Below are positions 54,269 to 62,596 of a stretch of DNA of 64,000 nucleotides, piece by piece. How positions within the stretch are numbered: position 1 is the stretch's first letter; each line of letters opens with the position of its first letter. The notes beneath the pieces are model-generated. The model saw nothing but the letters and a program-made list of their open reading frames with translations. It was not told where the DNA came from and did no database searches. Source of the stretch: an uncultured delta proteobacterium (GTDB lineage Bacteria; Desulfobacterota; WTBG01); NCBI GenBank assembly GCA_963793865.1, contig CAWCBP010000008.1, positions 288,001 through 352,000 on the forward strand. Direction: 5' to 3'. The position numbers and the translations under genes were made by a program.

Positions 54269-56569
54269 ATGGCTGGAACCTATTCATTGAGGCGAGCATG
54301 GGAAAAGCGAGCGTCAGAAAAAAAAGCAGGAAGACGTCCAGGGGAGCCAGCAGTTGATAACGGGTCAGCCTCTGAAGCCGGCTGCCTGCAAGCTCCGGCA
54401 CAAGAGGCCGAGTGCAAAAGGAAGTGGTACCTGCTCCTGGCTGGCGTGCTGCTTTTAACCGCTGCCTGCTATGGTAATTCCCTGAACAATACCTTTGTGT
54501 TTGATGATGCCCTGGTGATTGCTGAAAATCCCGGGATACGCGGCATTGAAAATATTCCCCGGCTGCTGGGATTCACAACCGGCCGCACTTCCTACCGGCC
54601 CATCAGGATGGTCTCCTACGCACTGGATTATACGCTTAACAAGAACCTCTGGTGCCAGATCGGGAATTGCCGGGAATCGGATCCCGGGCTCTATCCCCCG
54701 GGATACCATATTGGCAATATTGCCTACCATCTGCTGACGGCATTGCTGGTTTTTCTGGTCGTTTCGCGCCTGGCCGGAAATTTCCGGGTTGCGCTGCTGG
54801 CAGCGGGCATATTTGCCCTCCACCCGGTGCACACCGACAGCGTGACCTATCTCGCGGGCAGGAGGGACATCCTGTTCACCCTGTTTTATCTGGCCGGGTT
54901 TTATTTTTTTCTTCGCTACCGGCAGGAAAAGCGGCTGTCCCTGATGATTTTCGCCTTTATCATGTATATGCTCAGCATGGGGAGCAAGGAAATGGGGGTT
55001 ACTCTCCCCGCGCTCTTTTTGTGCTATGACATGGTTGAAAATTTTTCCCCGCAGGGTATCGGCCCGGGAGGCCGTGCCCGGGAGCTTTTCAAGAGTTTTA
55101 AAAAGAGTGTGGCCCAATCCGCGTATCTCTATGTTCCCCTGTTCATCGGCGCTCTTGCTTTCATCTACTATAAAGTTTTCGTTGCGTCACCATCCTACCA
55201 GAAGGCCTATTACGGGGACAGCGTTTTCATCACCTTTCTCACCGTGGTTAAGATTCTGGCGCACTACATTCAATTGCTGATATATCCCGTCAATCTCATC
55301 GCGGATTATTCCTACAACGCCTTTCCGCTTGCAACTTCATTGTTTGAGCCCGCGGTCCTCTTCTCCCTTGTGCTTCTCGCGGGGGTGGTGTACGCGCTCC
55401 TCCGCTTGTTGGACGGCCACAAGCTGCCGGCATTCGGCGGCGCCTGGTTTTTCCTGACCCTGCTCCCGGTCTGCCATATTTTTCCCCACCACGAGCTGCT
55501 GGCTGAACACTATCTCTATCTGCCCTCGGTGGGTTTCTGCATTGCGGCGGCAGCGCTGTTCGACACCTTCATGAAGGAGAAAAAGTACCGCTTATATGCT
55601 TCAGCCGGTTGTGTCGCCGTCCTCATTATCTTTTCGCTGCGCGTGGTTGACAGAAACAGGGATTGGAAGGACAGCCTTACCCTTTATGAAAAAACCGTCA
55701 CAACCGTACCTGAATGCGCCCGCGCAAACTCCAATCTCTGCGAGGCCTATACCAATGAGGGAAGGCTGGATGAGGCCCTGGCGGCATGCAGGCAGGCGCT
55801 GGCCATCAAGCCGGACCAGATCGAGGCGAACCATAATCTCGGCACCGTGTATGCGCGCAAAGGAATGGCGGAAGAAGCGATTGCCAGCTACAAACAGGCC
55901 CTGGCTTTAAGGCCGCGCTACGCGAAGGCATATTTCAATATCGGTGTGCTGCTTTATCAAAAGGGTGATCTCGAGGGTGCAGTTGATGCGTATAAGCAGG
56001 CGCTTGCCATCAGTCCTTACTATGCTGAAGCGAGAAAAAATCTGGGCATGGCCTACAGCGCAATGGGAAGATTTCAGGAGGCAATTGAGCAGTACAGGTG
56101 GGCAATGGCCATCAAACCGAACTATACCGGCGCCCGGAACAGCCTGGCAGCCGCCTACCTGCAGCAGGGTGCGTTCGATAATGCCATAGCGGAAATGGAA
56201 TTGGCGGTGGCCGGCAACCCCGATGACGCGGACGCGTATTTCAGCCTGGGATATGCCTATTCACAAAAGGGGGATACTGCCAAAGCGGTTGACGCGTATA
56301 AGCGTGCGATTGCCAAGGGCCTGGTGAGGGCGGAAGTCCACAGCAATCTCGGCAATCTCTACCTTCAGGAGGGGAGGCTTGATGAGGCAATCAGTGAATA
56401 CCTGCAGGCGATTTCCATCCAGGATAATTTTGCCGGCGCCCATAATAACCTGGCCATGGCATATTTTAAAAAGCAAGAGTATGCCATGGCCATAAAACAC
56501 TGTGACAGGGCGGCGGAACTCGGTCTCAGCAATCCGGCCCTGCTGAAGGATCTCCTGCCCTATCGCTAG
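54269..56569 (+). CDS. TMTC-like (DUF1736 + about 8 TPR) protein O-glycosyltransferase
   Basis: FVFDD, YRP, LHPVHTDSV..LAGRRDIL, SKE, AEHYLYLPS, RNRDW, then a TPR array. Confidence 0.88.
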   Translation: MAGTYSLRRAWEKRASEKKAGRRPGEPAVDNGSASEAGCLQAPAQEAECKRKWYLLLAGVLLLTAACYGNSLNNTFVFDDALVIAENPGIRGIENIPRLLGFTTGRTSYRPIRMVSYALDYTLNKNLWCQIGNCRESDPGLYPPGYHIGNIAYHLLTALLVFLVVSRLAGNFRVALLAAGIFALHPVHTDSVTYLAGRRDILFTLFYLAGFYFFLRYRQEKRLSLMIFAFIMYMLSMGSKEMGVTLPALFLCYDMVENFSPQGIGPGGRARELFKSFKKSVAQSAYLYVPLFIGALAFIYYKVFVASPSYQKAYYGDSVFITFLTVVKILAHYIQLLIYPVNLIADYSYNAFPLATSLFEPAVLFSLVLLAGVVYALLRLLDGHKLPAFGGAWFFLTLLPVCHIFPHHELLAEHYLYLPSVGFCIAAAALFDTFMKEKKYRLYASAGCVAVLIIFSLRVVDRNRDWKDSLTLYEKTVTTVPECARANSNLCEAYTNEGRLDEALAACRQALAIKPDQIEANHNLGTVYARKGMAEEAIASYKQALALRPRYAKAYFNIGVLLYQKGDLEGAVDAYKQALAISPYYAEARKNLGMAYSAMGRFQEAIEQYRWAMAIKPNYTGARNSLAAAYLQQGAFDNAIAEMELAVAGNPDDADAYFSLGYAYSQKGDTAKAVDAYKRAIAKGLVRAEVHSNLGNLYLQEGRLDEAISEYLQAISIQDNFAGAHNNLAMAYFKKQEYAMAIKHCDRAAELGLSNPALLKDLLPYR

Positions 56570-56694
56570 CAGGCTGTTGAAAAACACCCATCTGCTGCGT
56601 TACGCTCATCCTTCGTCATTGCAGCGTACTCGCATGTACGCCTCATTCCTCAGGATTTCGCGTGCCTTGCATCTGGATGTTTTTGAACAGCCTG
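56570..56694. repeat. 125-bp MITE-like palindromic element between convergent genes
   Basis: Imperfect TIRs CAGGCTGTTGAAAAAC / GTTTTTGAACAGCCTG with internal symmetry; no ORF. Confidence 0.55.
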
Positions 56695-56740
56695 AGAAAA
56701 ACTACTTTTCAACAACCCGCAGGGAAAGACCCCGCCTGCT

Positions 56741-57766
56741 TTAGAGTACTTTGCCCTCGACGATAATAGTTGCCGCGACGGTCTTGCCCTGGCACTGCGT
56801 CTGAACGGTTACCGTTTCCCTGAATTTCTCTTTGGGTAATTTGTCCTTATTCAGCGAGATGGTGATGGTGTACTGTTTTCCCGCCTGATCGGCTTTTACC
56901 TCTGCCGTAATCCACTCCTTGCTTGTCTCGATCTTGTTAATACTCAGATCTTCCGACTGCAGATGGCTGATGACGGTGGTTCTCTTGAGGCTCGATGCGT
57001 CGAAGTTTTCCTTGCCGGTATCGATAACGCCGAAATAAAGATATTCGGGGGTGACCTTTATCTCTTTTTTCAGGTTTCCCAGGACCGATATCGAAACCTC
57101 GGGCTTCTTCTTTGATTCCGTCTTGAGCGCGATTCTTCCCCGGAAGGTATCTTTAATGCCGCCCCGCGTCTTAATCCCAAGGGTGTATTCCTTGTCCTTC
57201 TTCTCATTTTTCAGGGTGTATTCTATTTTATCGTCGATGTTTGAAGAAACCCCGGTTATGTTGAGAGGCTCATCAGTATTGGTGGTAATGCGCAGAACCT
57301 GTTCCAAACTGTCCCCGTAAAATCCGCTGAACATCACCCGGGGGGCCGGCTCTACGCTGATGAAGGGTTTTATCGTACCCCCGATGGAAACCGTGACCTT
57401 GGGCTGTTCGGGATCGTTTGAAAAAATAATCGCGCTCTGTCTTGTCGCTCCCATTTTGCCGGGTGTGCTGATTCTCAGGGTTACTTTGCCCTCCTGACCA
57501 GGAGGAATAGCCTTATCAAAATCGGCTACCGTGCACCCTCACCCCGGTTTGACATTGGTAATGTCGAGCTGGGCCGTGCCGGTATTCCTGATGGTGAAGG
57601 TGTGAATGATATCCTCACCCTCCCATAGCTCTCCGGCGTCATAGTCAGGGGCATCGATGGTGAGCCGGGGCTGGTCTCCTCCCTGCGCGAAGAGGCAGTG
57701 AACAGTAGAAAAGGTAAAGAGCAGGCAAAGCATGGTCAGAAACAGGTTTTTTTTCATAAACAACAT
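56741..57766 (-). CDS. Exported DUF1573-like Ig-domain protein, probable selenoprotein (UGA 57541-57539)
   Basis: ORFs 57539-57805 and 56741-57454 are in one frame; readthrough gives NVKPG-U-GCTVADFDKAIPPGQEGKV; has a signal peptide. Confidence 0.88.
57507..57529 (-). promoter_or_regulatory. Putative bacterial SECIS hairpin
   Basis: GTAGCC-GATTTTGATAA-GGCTAT, 9 nt after the UGA; 22/23 identical to 50022-50044. Confidence 0.7.
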
Positions 57767-57933
57767 ACGATTCTCCGGACTGGTTACAGGTGCGTGTTGC
57801 TTCACTGCTCATGCTTCCCGCAGATACACTTGCTTTCTCTCTCATTTTATATGTTTGCCGGGTGAATCAAGATGCTTGCGTATCCTGAACACATGAGAGG
57901 AAACAAGGCGGGTATAAATCAGAAAGGTCGTAT

Positions 57934-59169
57934 CTAGTAGTCGAATGTGAATTTCGTGGGTCCCATCTTGCCATCGTATACGGTCGAGCTGTTCCCCACG
58001 CTGGTGTCAAAATTCGGGACGGGGGCAATAGTGAATTCGCAGTTTCCTGTGCAGGTGCCGTAGAGCCGTGCAATGTTAATGGTGTCGTTTTGATCAGGTG
58101 CAACGCTGCCCAAATTACCCACAATAACCATATAGGTGCCGGGCCCCGAGGGGTTCGGGACTTTATTGGTCATGTCACTGTCCCAGGGTCCGCTCAAAGA
58201 AGAGCCGTCATAGACATCGGCACCGGTGATATTCATTTGAGATGGATCGTACTGGATCATGAAGCCGCTGGTAATAAGTTTTTCCGGTACATCTGATAAC
58301 CGGATGTCGACTTCCATTTGGTTGCCTGATCCCTCGTTTATGGCCCCGGCGGTATCTATTGCAAAACGGGGGGCACCTTCTATGGTCTGTTCCTGTTGAT
58401 TACCGCCGCTGCCGGGGAGGTTGTTTTCCTCTTCCATATTTGCATACAGGTCGGTGAGCGCGCTTTCCGCCGCCCTGCTCACCGCGGGATTGGGATCCTC
58501 AAGGGCCGATGTCAGCGGTCCCAGCGCGCCGTCACCCATTCTGGCCAAACCCTGCACCGCATTTACCTTGGCCGCTTCATCTCCCTCCTGCAGATCCTTT
58601 GACCATTCTTTCAGCGATTTAACGGTGTTTTCCCTGGGGGGCGTTTTTAAAACCTGTTTGTTTTCAGCCGGTTTGTTTTCGGCTTTATCGGTGCCGGCAG
58701 GATTTTGAGCGGACTTGCTGGCGCTTATGATCAAAGGTTTTTCAGATGACCCGCCTTTATTCTGTTCCTGAATATAAATCCTGACCTCCCTCAATGTGCC
58801 GGTTCCGGATCCCTTGTTCGCATCTGCCTGGTCATAAATGAAGACACGGTTATAGGAGGCCAGAACCTTATCTATTCCCTGATCAATGCCGAAGTTTGCA
58901 AATCGCACCATCAGCCTGTTCTGGCAAATAGAGGGCGGCAGGGAAAAGCTTATGCCGGTCTGGTCCGCAAGCTTTCGCAACACCTCTTCCAGAGGCGCGT
59001 CCTTGATATCTACCGACAACAGGTTATTTTCCAGCTTTGCGGTAAGAGAACCCATTGACAAGGCTGATTTCACCTCAGGTTTTCCCTGGCTCAAGCTGCA
59101 GAACCCTGCGGCAGATGAAAAAACAACAATCGTTATCACGCAGGCTATAAATAGTCTTTTCATGGGCAC
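57934..59169 (-). CDS. Exported STN/secretin-N0-like + HEAT + cohesin-like A protein
   Basis: LSVDIKDAPLEEVLRKLADQTGI; ALEDPNPAVSRAAESAL; DVPEKLITSGF..YDP...YDG...GPWD...NLG...PNFDT. Confidence 0.75.
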   Translation of the reverse strand: MPMKRLFIACVITIVVFSSAAGFCSLSQGKPEVKSALSMGSLTAKLENNLLSVDIKDAPLEEVLRKLADQTGISFSLPPSICQNRLMVRFANFGIDQGIDKVLASYNRVFIYDQADANKGSGTGTLREVRIYIQEQNKGGSSEKPLIISASKSAQNPAGTDKAENKPAENKQVLKTPPRENTVKSLKEWSKDLQEGDEAAKVNAVQGLARMGDGALGPLTSALEDPNPAVSRAAESALTDLYANMEEENNLPGSGGNQQEQTIEGAPRFAIDTAGAINEGSGNQMEVDIRLSDVPEKLITSGFMIQYDPSQMNITGADVYDGSSLSGPWDSDMTNKVPNPSGPGTYMVIVGNLGSVAPDQNDTINIARLYGTCTGNCEFTIAPVPNFDTSVGNSSTVYDGKMGPTKFTFDY

Positions 59170-59491
59170 TCACCCCTTGGAGAATTATTCAGTTAAAACA
59201 GGTGGCCTGAGTTTTAAGTATGATAACGATTACACATCGGCTCTGGTCTTTAATTTAATAATATCATATTTTTAGATGCGGGTTAAGCAAAAAATTCAGG
59301 TCAAAATCCTGCGATGTGACCTCAGTATCCAATGCAATAGAGGCAACTGGATTCTGCAGCCGGGCCGCAGAATCCAGTACCTGCAAAATCATCAATTCAT
59401 GAGGATCAAACTTGACTGACAATTTTATTTAGATCCAGGACTTTTCCTCAACCTCCTTGAATCCTGGACCCTAAACCCTGGACCCTGTCTT

Positions 59492-61816
59492 TTAATAAGT
59501 GCACCACGGATCTGTTGCACAACTTGGGCAGCTGATACTGTATGAACTCCTGCCGAAATCCGCTTTAAAAAGTGCCGCGTCAGATCCATCAACATTCCCG
59601 TTGCAGCTAAAATCACCGTTGCAAAGAGCAACGGCGGTACAGGGGTTCTTGTATGAACTCCTGCCGAAATCCGCCTTAAAAACTGCCGCATCTGATCCAT
59701 CCTGGTCCAGGTCACCATCGAAGTTGCCCTCGCACTCGCAGGCATTACCGCAACCATTGCCGGCAGGAGGATAACTGTCGTCCTGATTGGGATCAAAAGT
59801 AGCGGGGCAAACATCACCGGCACAGACATTATCCCCGTCGGCCGTATCCGTACAGCTGTCACATGCATCGCCGGTCAAATCCTCGTCCGCATCTTCCTGG
59901 TTCATGCTGCAGAATCCGCCTGTCCCGCACTCGCTGGTGTTGTTTCCCGGAATGTTGCAGGGATCCCCGATATTGCTGCCGGCGGTGCAGGTGCCGCCGC
60001 TGGGCCCATTCTGGATGGCCGGGCAATTGTCACGATAATCGATGACCCCGTCATTGTCGGTGTCATCTTCAGCAAAGGCGCTTCCGAAGGAATATATTTT
60101 CCCGTTGGTGGAAGAATAGTAGACATGCCCGTCCGCCAGGGCGGGAGAAGGAACCGAATACCAGGCCACCACGTAGGGATCATGGCCCCTCACGATGAAT
60201 TCATTAGCCTGGATACTGCAGTTGTCATCCTTGCAGAACTGGTACTCCCACACGGGGGTCAGCGTGTTCGGGTCAGTAACGTAATCGTAGCAGAAGAGTT
60301 TCTCTCTCCCGTAGGTGTTTGAATTGATCCAGGCACGGTCATAGTCGGTGGCGGCCACATAGAGCAGGCCGTCCTGTGGAGAAATGGATATGCCGCTCGG
60401 CCCGGGCAGCCAATAGCCGGAAACAGGATGAGGATCGCCGACATTCCAGGTCGGCACACCCAGAAATGCTTCTTTAATGATCCGGCCCGTATCCTTGTTG
60501 AGCACAAACATGCGCCCGGTATCGGCTATGCCGATCACATACCCCCGGGATTCATCAACCGCAGGCGCTGAACAGAGGGCGGTATGACCCCTTACATTGA
60601 AGCCCGCATGGTATCCCCACTGCACCTGGCCGGTATCCACGTTCAGTGCCCAGAGGGCGCCGTCACCGCCGGGAGCATAAATAGTGTTGCCCGAAATGGC
60701 CTGGGTTCCTCCCTGAGCCAGTGGAATAGTTCCATGATGCCAGAGCTCGGCCCCGGTGTCTGCGTCAACCGTGCCAAACTGCCCGTAGTGATAATCGGTG
60801 GCGGTGTCCGCCTCGATGAAAACCTTGCCGTTCTGTACCGGCGGTATGTTGGTTACCCCGCATCCCCGCGGATTCCAGGTCCATAGGACCGAACCATTAT
60901 CTTCGTCTAATCCGTAAAAGTATCCGTCACGACCGGCCCAGTAGTTGGTGGCATCATTGCCGATGGTGGGCCAGGGATATCCCGGCTGCCCTTCAGTCAC
61001 ATAGGCCCAGGGCCGGAATATGGCATAAAAGCTGGGAAGGAATGACCCGATGTAGAGCTTGCCGTTGGAAATGGAGGGCGGGGAAAGATGCCAGGCCCAC
61101 TTCTGGTTATACCAGGGTTTCCCTACGTTCGGTCCCCCCGGGTCTTTGTAGGGTGTCCTCTCCCAGATGGTCGAGCCGTCATTCATGTTAAGCGAGATGA
61201 CCCGCCCGTCAAAGGTCCCGAAAATGACGCAGCCGTTGGTGCCGTAATTGGGGTCCATGGTGGGCCCGGTGATGAACTGGTCGTAACCGGCAGGAAAAGG
61301 AAGCGGGGCGATGAGAGAAAAATCAGTGCAGTCCGGCTGGGTGGTGGTGCACTCAAAACACCAGGAAGGACAAGTGCCGGTGGTATAGCACACCCCGGTG
61401 TTTCCCTCCAGCATGGGAATGTCATTGTAACACCAGTCGGTGGGGGCTCCGGCCGGTTCGGTGGGCGCCTGCCAGAGAAAGTGTTGGTGCCAGAGCAGGC
61501 CGCCGGTAAACTGATCGTTGGCTTGGATTACCCCGGAACCCGCCGTGATTATCATTCCCCGGTCCACCACCGAGGGACCCCTGGAATCGGCGCGAGTTGT
61601 GGGAGCCCAGGCGCGAAATTCGCGGTCTTGCATCCACAGCTTGGCTGCGGTGGCTGGATAGCCGCTGTCCGTTGCCGCGCCGCTGTTCAATAAATCATGC
61701 CTGAAGCTCGGCCAGGGATCTGCCGTCGGTCCCACAGCCAGACCCGTTCCCTGGATGCTGCACATTACAAAAATGATGAGAGGGAGAAAATACGCGAACA
61801 CTGTTTTCTTGCTCAT
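59492..61816 (-). CDS. Secreted PQQ-type/BamB-like beta-propeller protein with TSP3 and dockerin-like I tail
   Basis: WPSFRHD..NSG; repeated DG...A...tG...W blades; tail ECEGNFDGDLDQDGSDA...CNGDFSCNGNVDGSDA. Confidence 0.85.
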   Translation of the reverse strand: MSKKTVFAYFLPLIIFVMCSIQGTGLAVGPTADPWPSFRHDLLNSGAATDSGYPATAAKLWMQDREFRAWAPTTRADSRGPSVVDRGMIITAGSGVIQANDQFTGGLLWHQHFLWQAPTEPAGAPTDWCYNDIPMLEGNTGVCYTTGTCPSWCFECTTTQPDCTDFSLIAPLPFPAGYDQFITGPTMDPNYGTNGCVIFGTFDGRVISLNMNDGSTIWERTPYKDPGGPNVGKPWYNQKWAWHLSPPSISNGKLYIGSFLPSFYAIFRPWAYVTEGQPGYPWPTIGNDATNYWAGRDGYFYGLDEDNGSVLWTWNPRGCGVTNIPPVQNGKVFIEADTATDYHYGQFGTVDADTGAELWHHGTIPLAQGGTQAISGNTIYAPGGDGALWALNVDTGQVQWGYHAGFNVRGHTALCSAPAVDESRGYVIGIADTGRMFVLNKDTGRIIKEAFLGVPTWNVGDPHPVSGYWLPGPSGISISPQDGLLYVAATDYDRAWINSNTYGREKLFCYDYVTDPNTLTPVWEYQFCKDDNCSIQANEFIVRGHDPYVVAWYSVPSPALADGHVYYSSTNGKIYSFGSAFAEDDTDNDGVIDYRDNCPAIQNGPSGGTCTAGSNIGDPCNIPGNNTSECGTGGFCSMNQEDADEDLTGDACDSCTDTADGDNVCAGDVCPATFDPNQDDSYPPAGNGCGNACECEGNFDGDLDQDGSDAAVFKADFGRSSYKNPCTAVALCNGDFSCNGNVDGSDAALFKADFGRSSYSISCPSCATDPWCTY

Positions 61817-61890
61817 GCTATACCTCCTTTAACTATTGTTCTGTTGCAATAATCAATGCGTAAAAATATGCAATTATTCAGCGCATGTGA

Positions 61891-62448
61891 TCAATGAAAT
61901 CCGTCGGCAAAGTAGTCCAGCAGTTCAATCACCTCCGGATTTTTAGGATCAAGCGCAACTGCTTTATTAAGGCTCAGCAGGGCATTGCGCGTAGAACCTA
62001 TTTTTATGAATGCCCTTGCCAGCAGAATATGCGTATCAAGGTCGTCCGGATTGACAGTCAGATGAGCCGTCAGATAGCGCATGGCTACTTCGGTTTTTCC
62101 CTGATCCGAATAATGGGCTACCTTTTCCATGATACCCTGTTTGATGGTTGGCAACGCTGCCGTCTCGTCTTGATTGAGGGAAATGGATTTTTTAAATTCT
62201 CCAATTGCCTCCTTCAGGGATTCCTTTTTAAGGTAGGCAAGGCCCAGCTTGAGGTGCGCATCAGCATCATCAGATTTGTTCTTAAGGTATACATTGAAAT
62301 TCTCTATAGCCGCATCATAATTGCCCTTATCCAGAGCTTCTACCCCAAGCTGGTAGTTTTGAGATACAGTGCCCGCACATCCTGCAAGGAAAATGCAGAG
62401 CACAATAGTTACACAATGTATGGTTTTTCTCATTCGAATTTTGATCAT
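61891..62448 (-). CDS. TPR lipoprotein
   Basis: Lipobox LAGC; TPR motifs AHLKLGLAY and THILLARAF. Confidence 0.8.
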   Translation of the reverse strand: MIKIRMRKTIHCVTIVLCIFLAGCAGTVSQNYQLGVEALDKGNYDAAIENFNVYLKNKSDDADAHLKLGLAYLKKESLKEAIGEFKKSISLNQDETAALPTIKQGIMEKVAHYSDQGKTEVAMRYLTAHLTVNPDDLDTHILLARAFIKIGSTRNALLSLNKAVALDPKNPEVIELLDYFADGFH

Positions 62449-62596
62449 TCGTATTCGCTGTGTGCCTCGGGTTTATGGTCGGTAGGAGCGGCTTTGAGCC
62501 GCGAATGCCTCACGCATGAACGCGCTCCTGCCGGGATTGCTATACAAGGCCACGATTTTATTTATACTCATATCAACTTTTAGCTAACCTCCCTTA

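Noticed and set aside
19959..61816. Multiheme cytochromes or a true cellulosome
   Set aside because: No CxxCH arrays despite the many Cys, and no recognisable glycoside hydrolase domains.
687..62531. CRISPR array from recurring palindromes
   Set aside because: Repeats are dispersed singly or as doublets with no regular spacers, and no cas genes are present.
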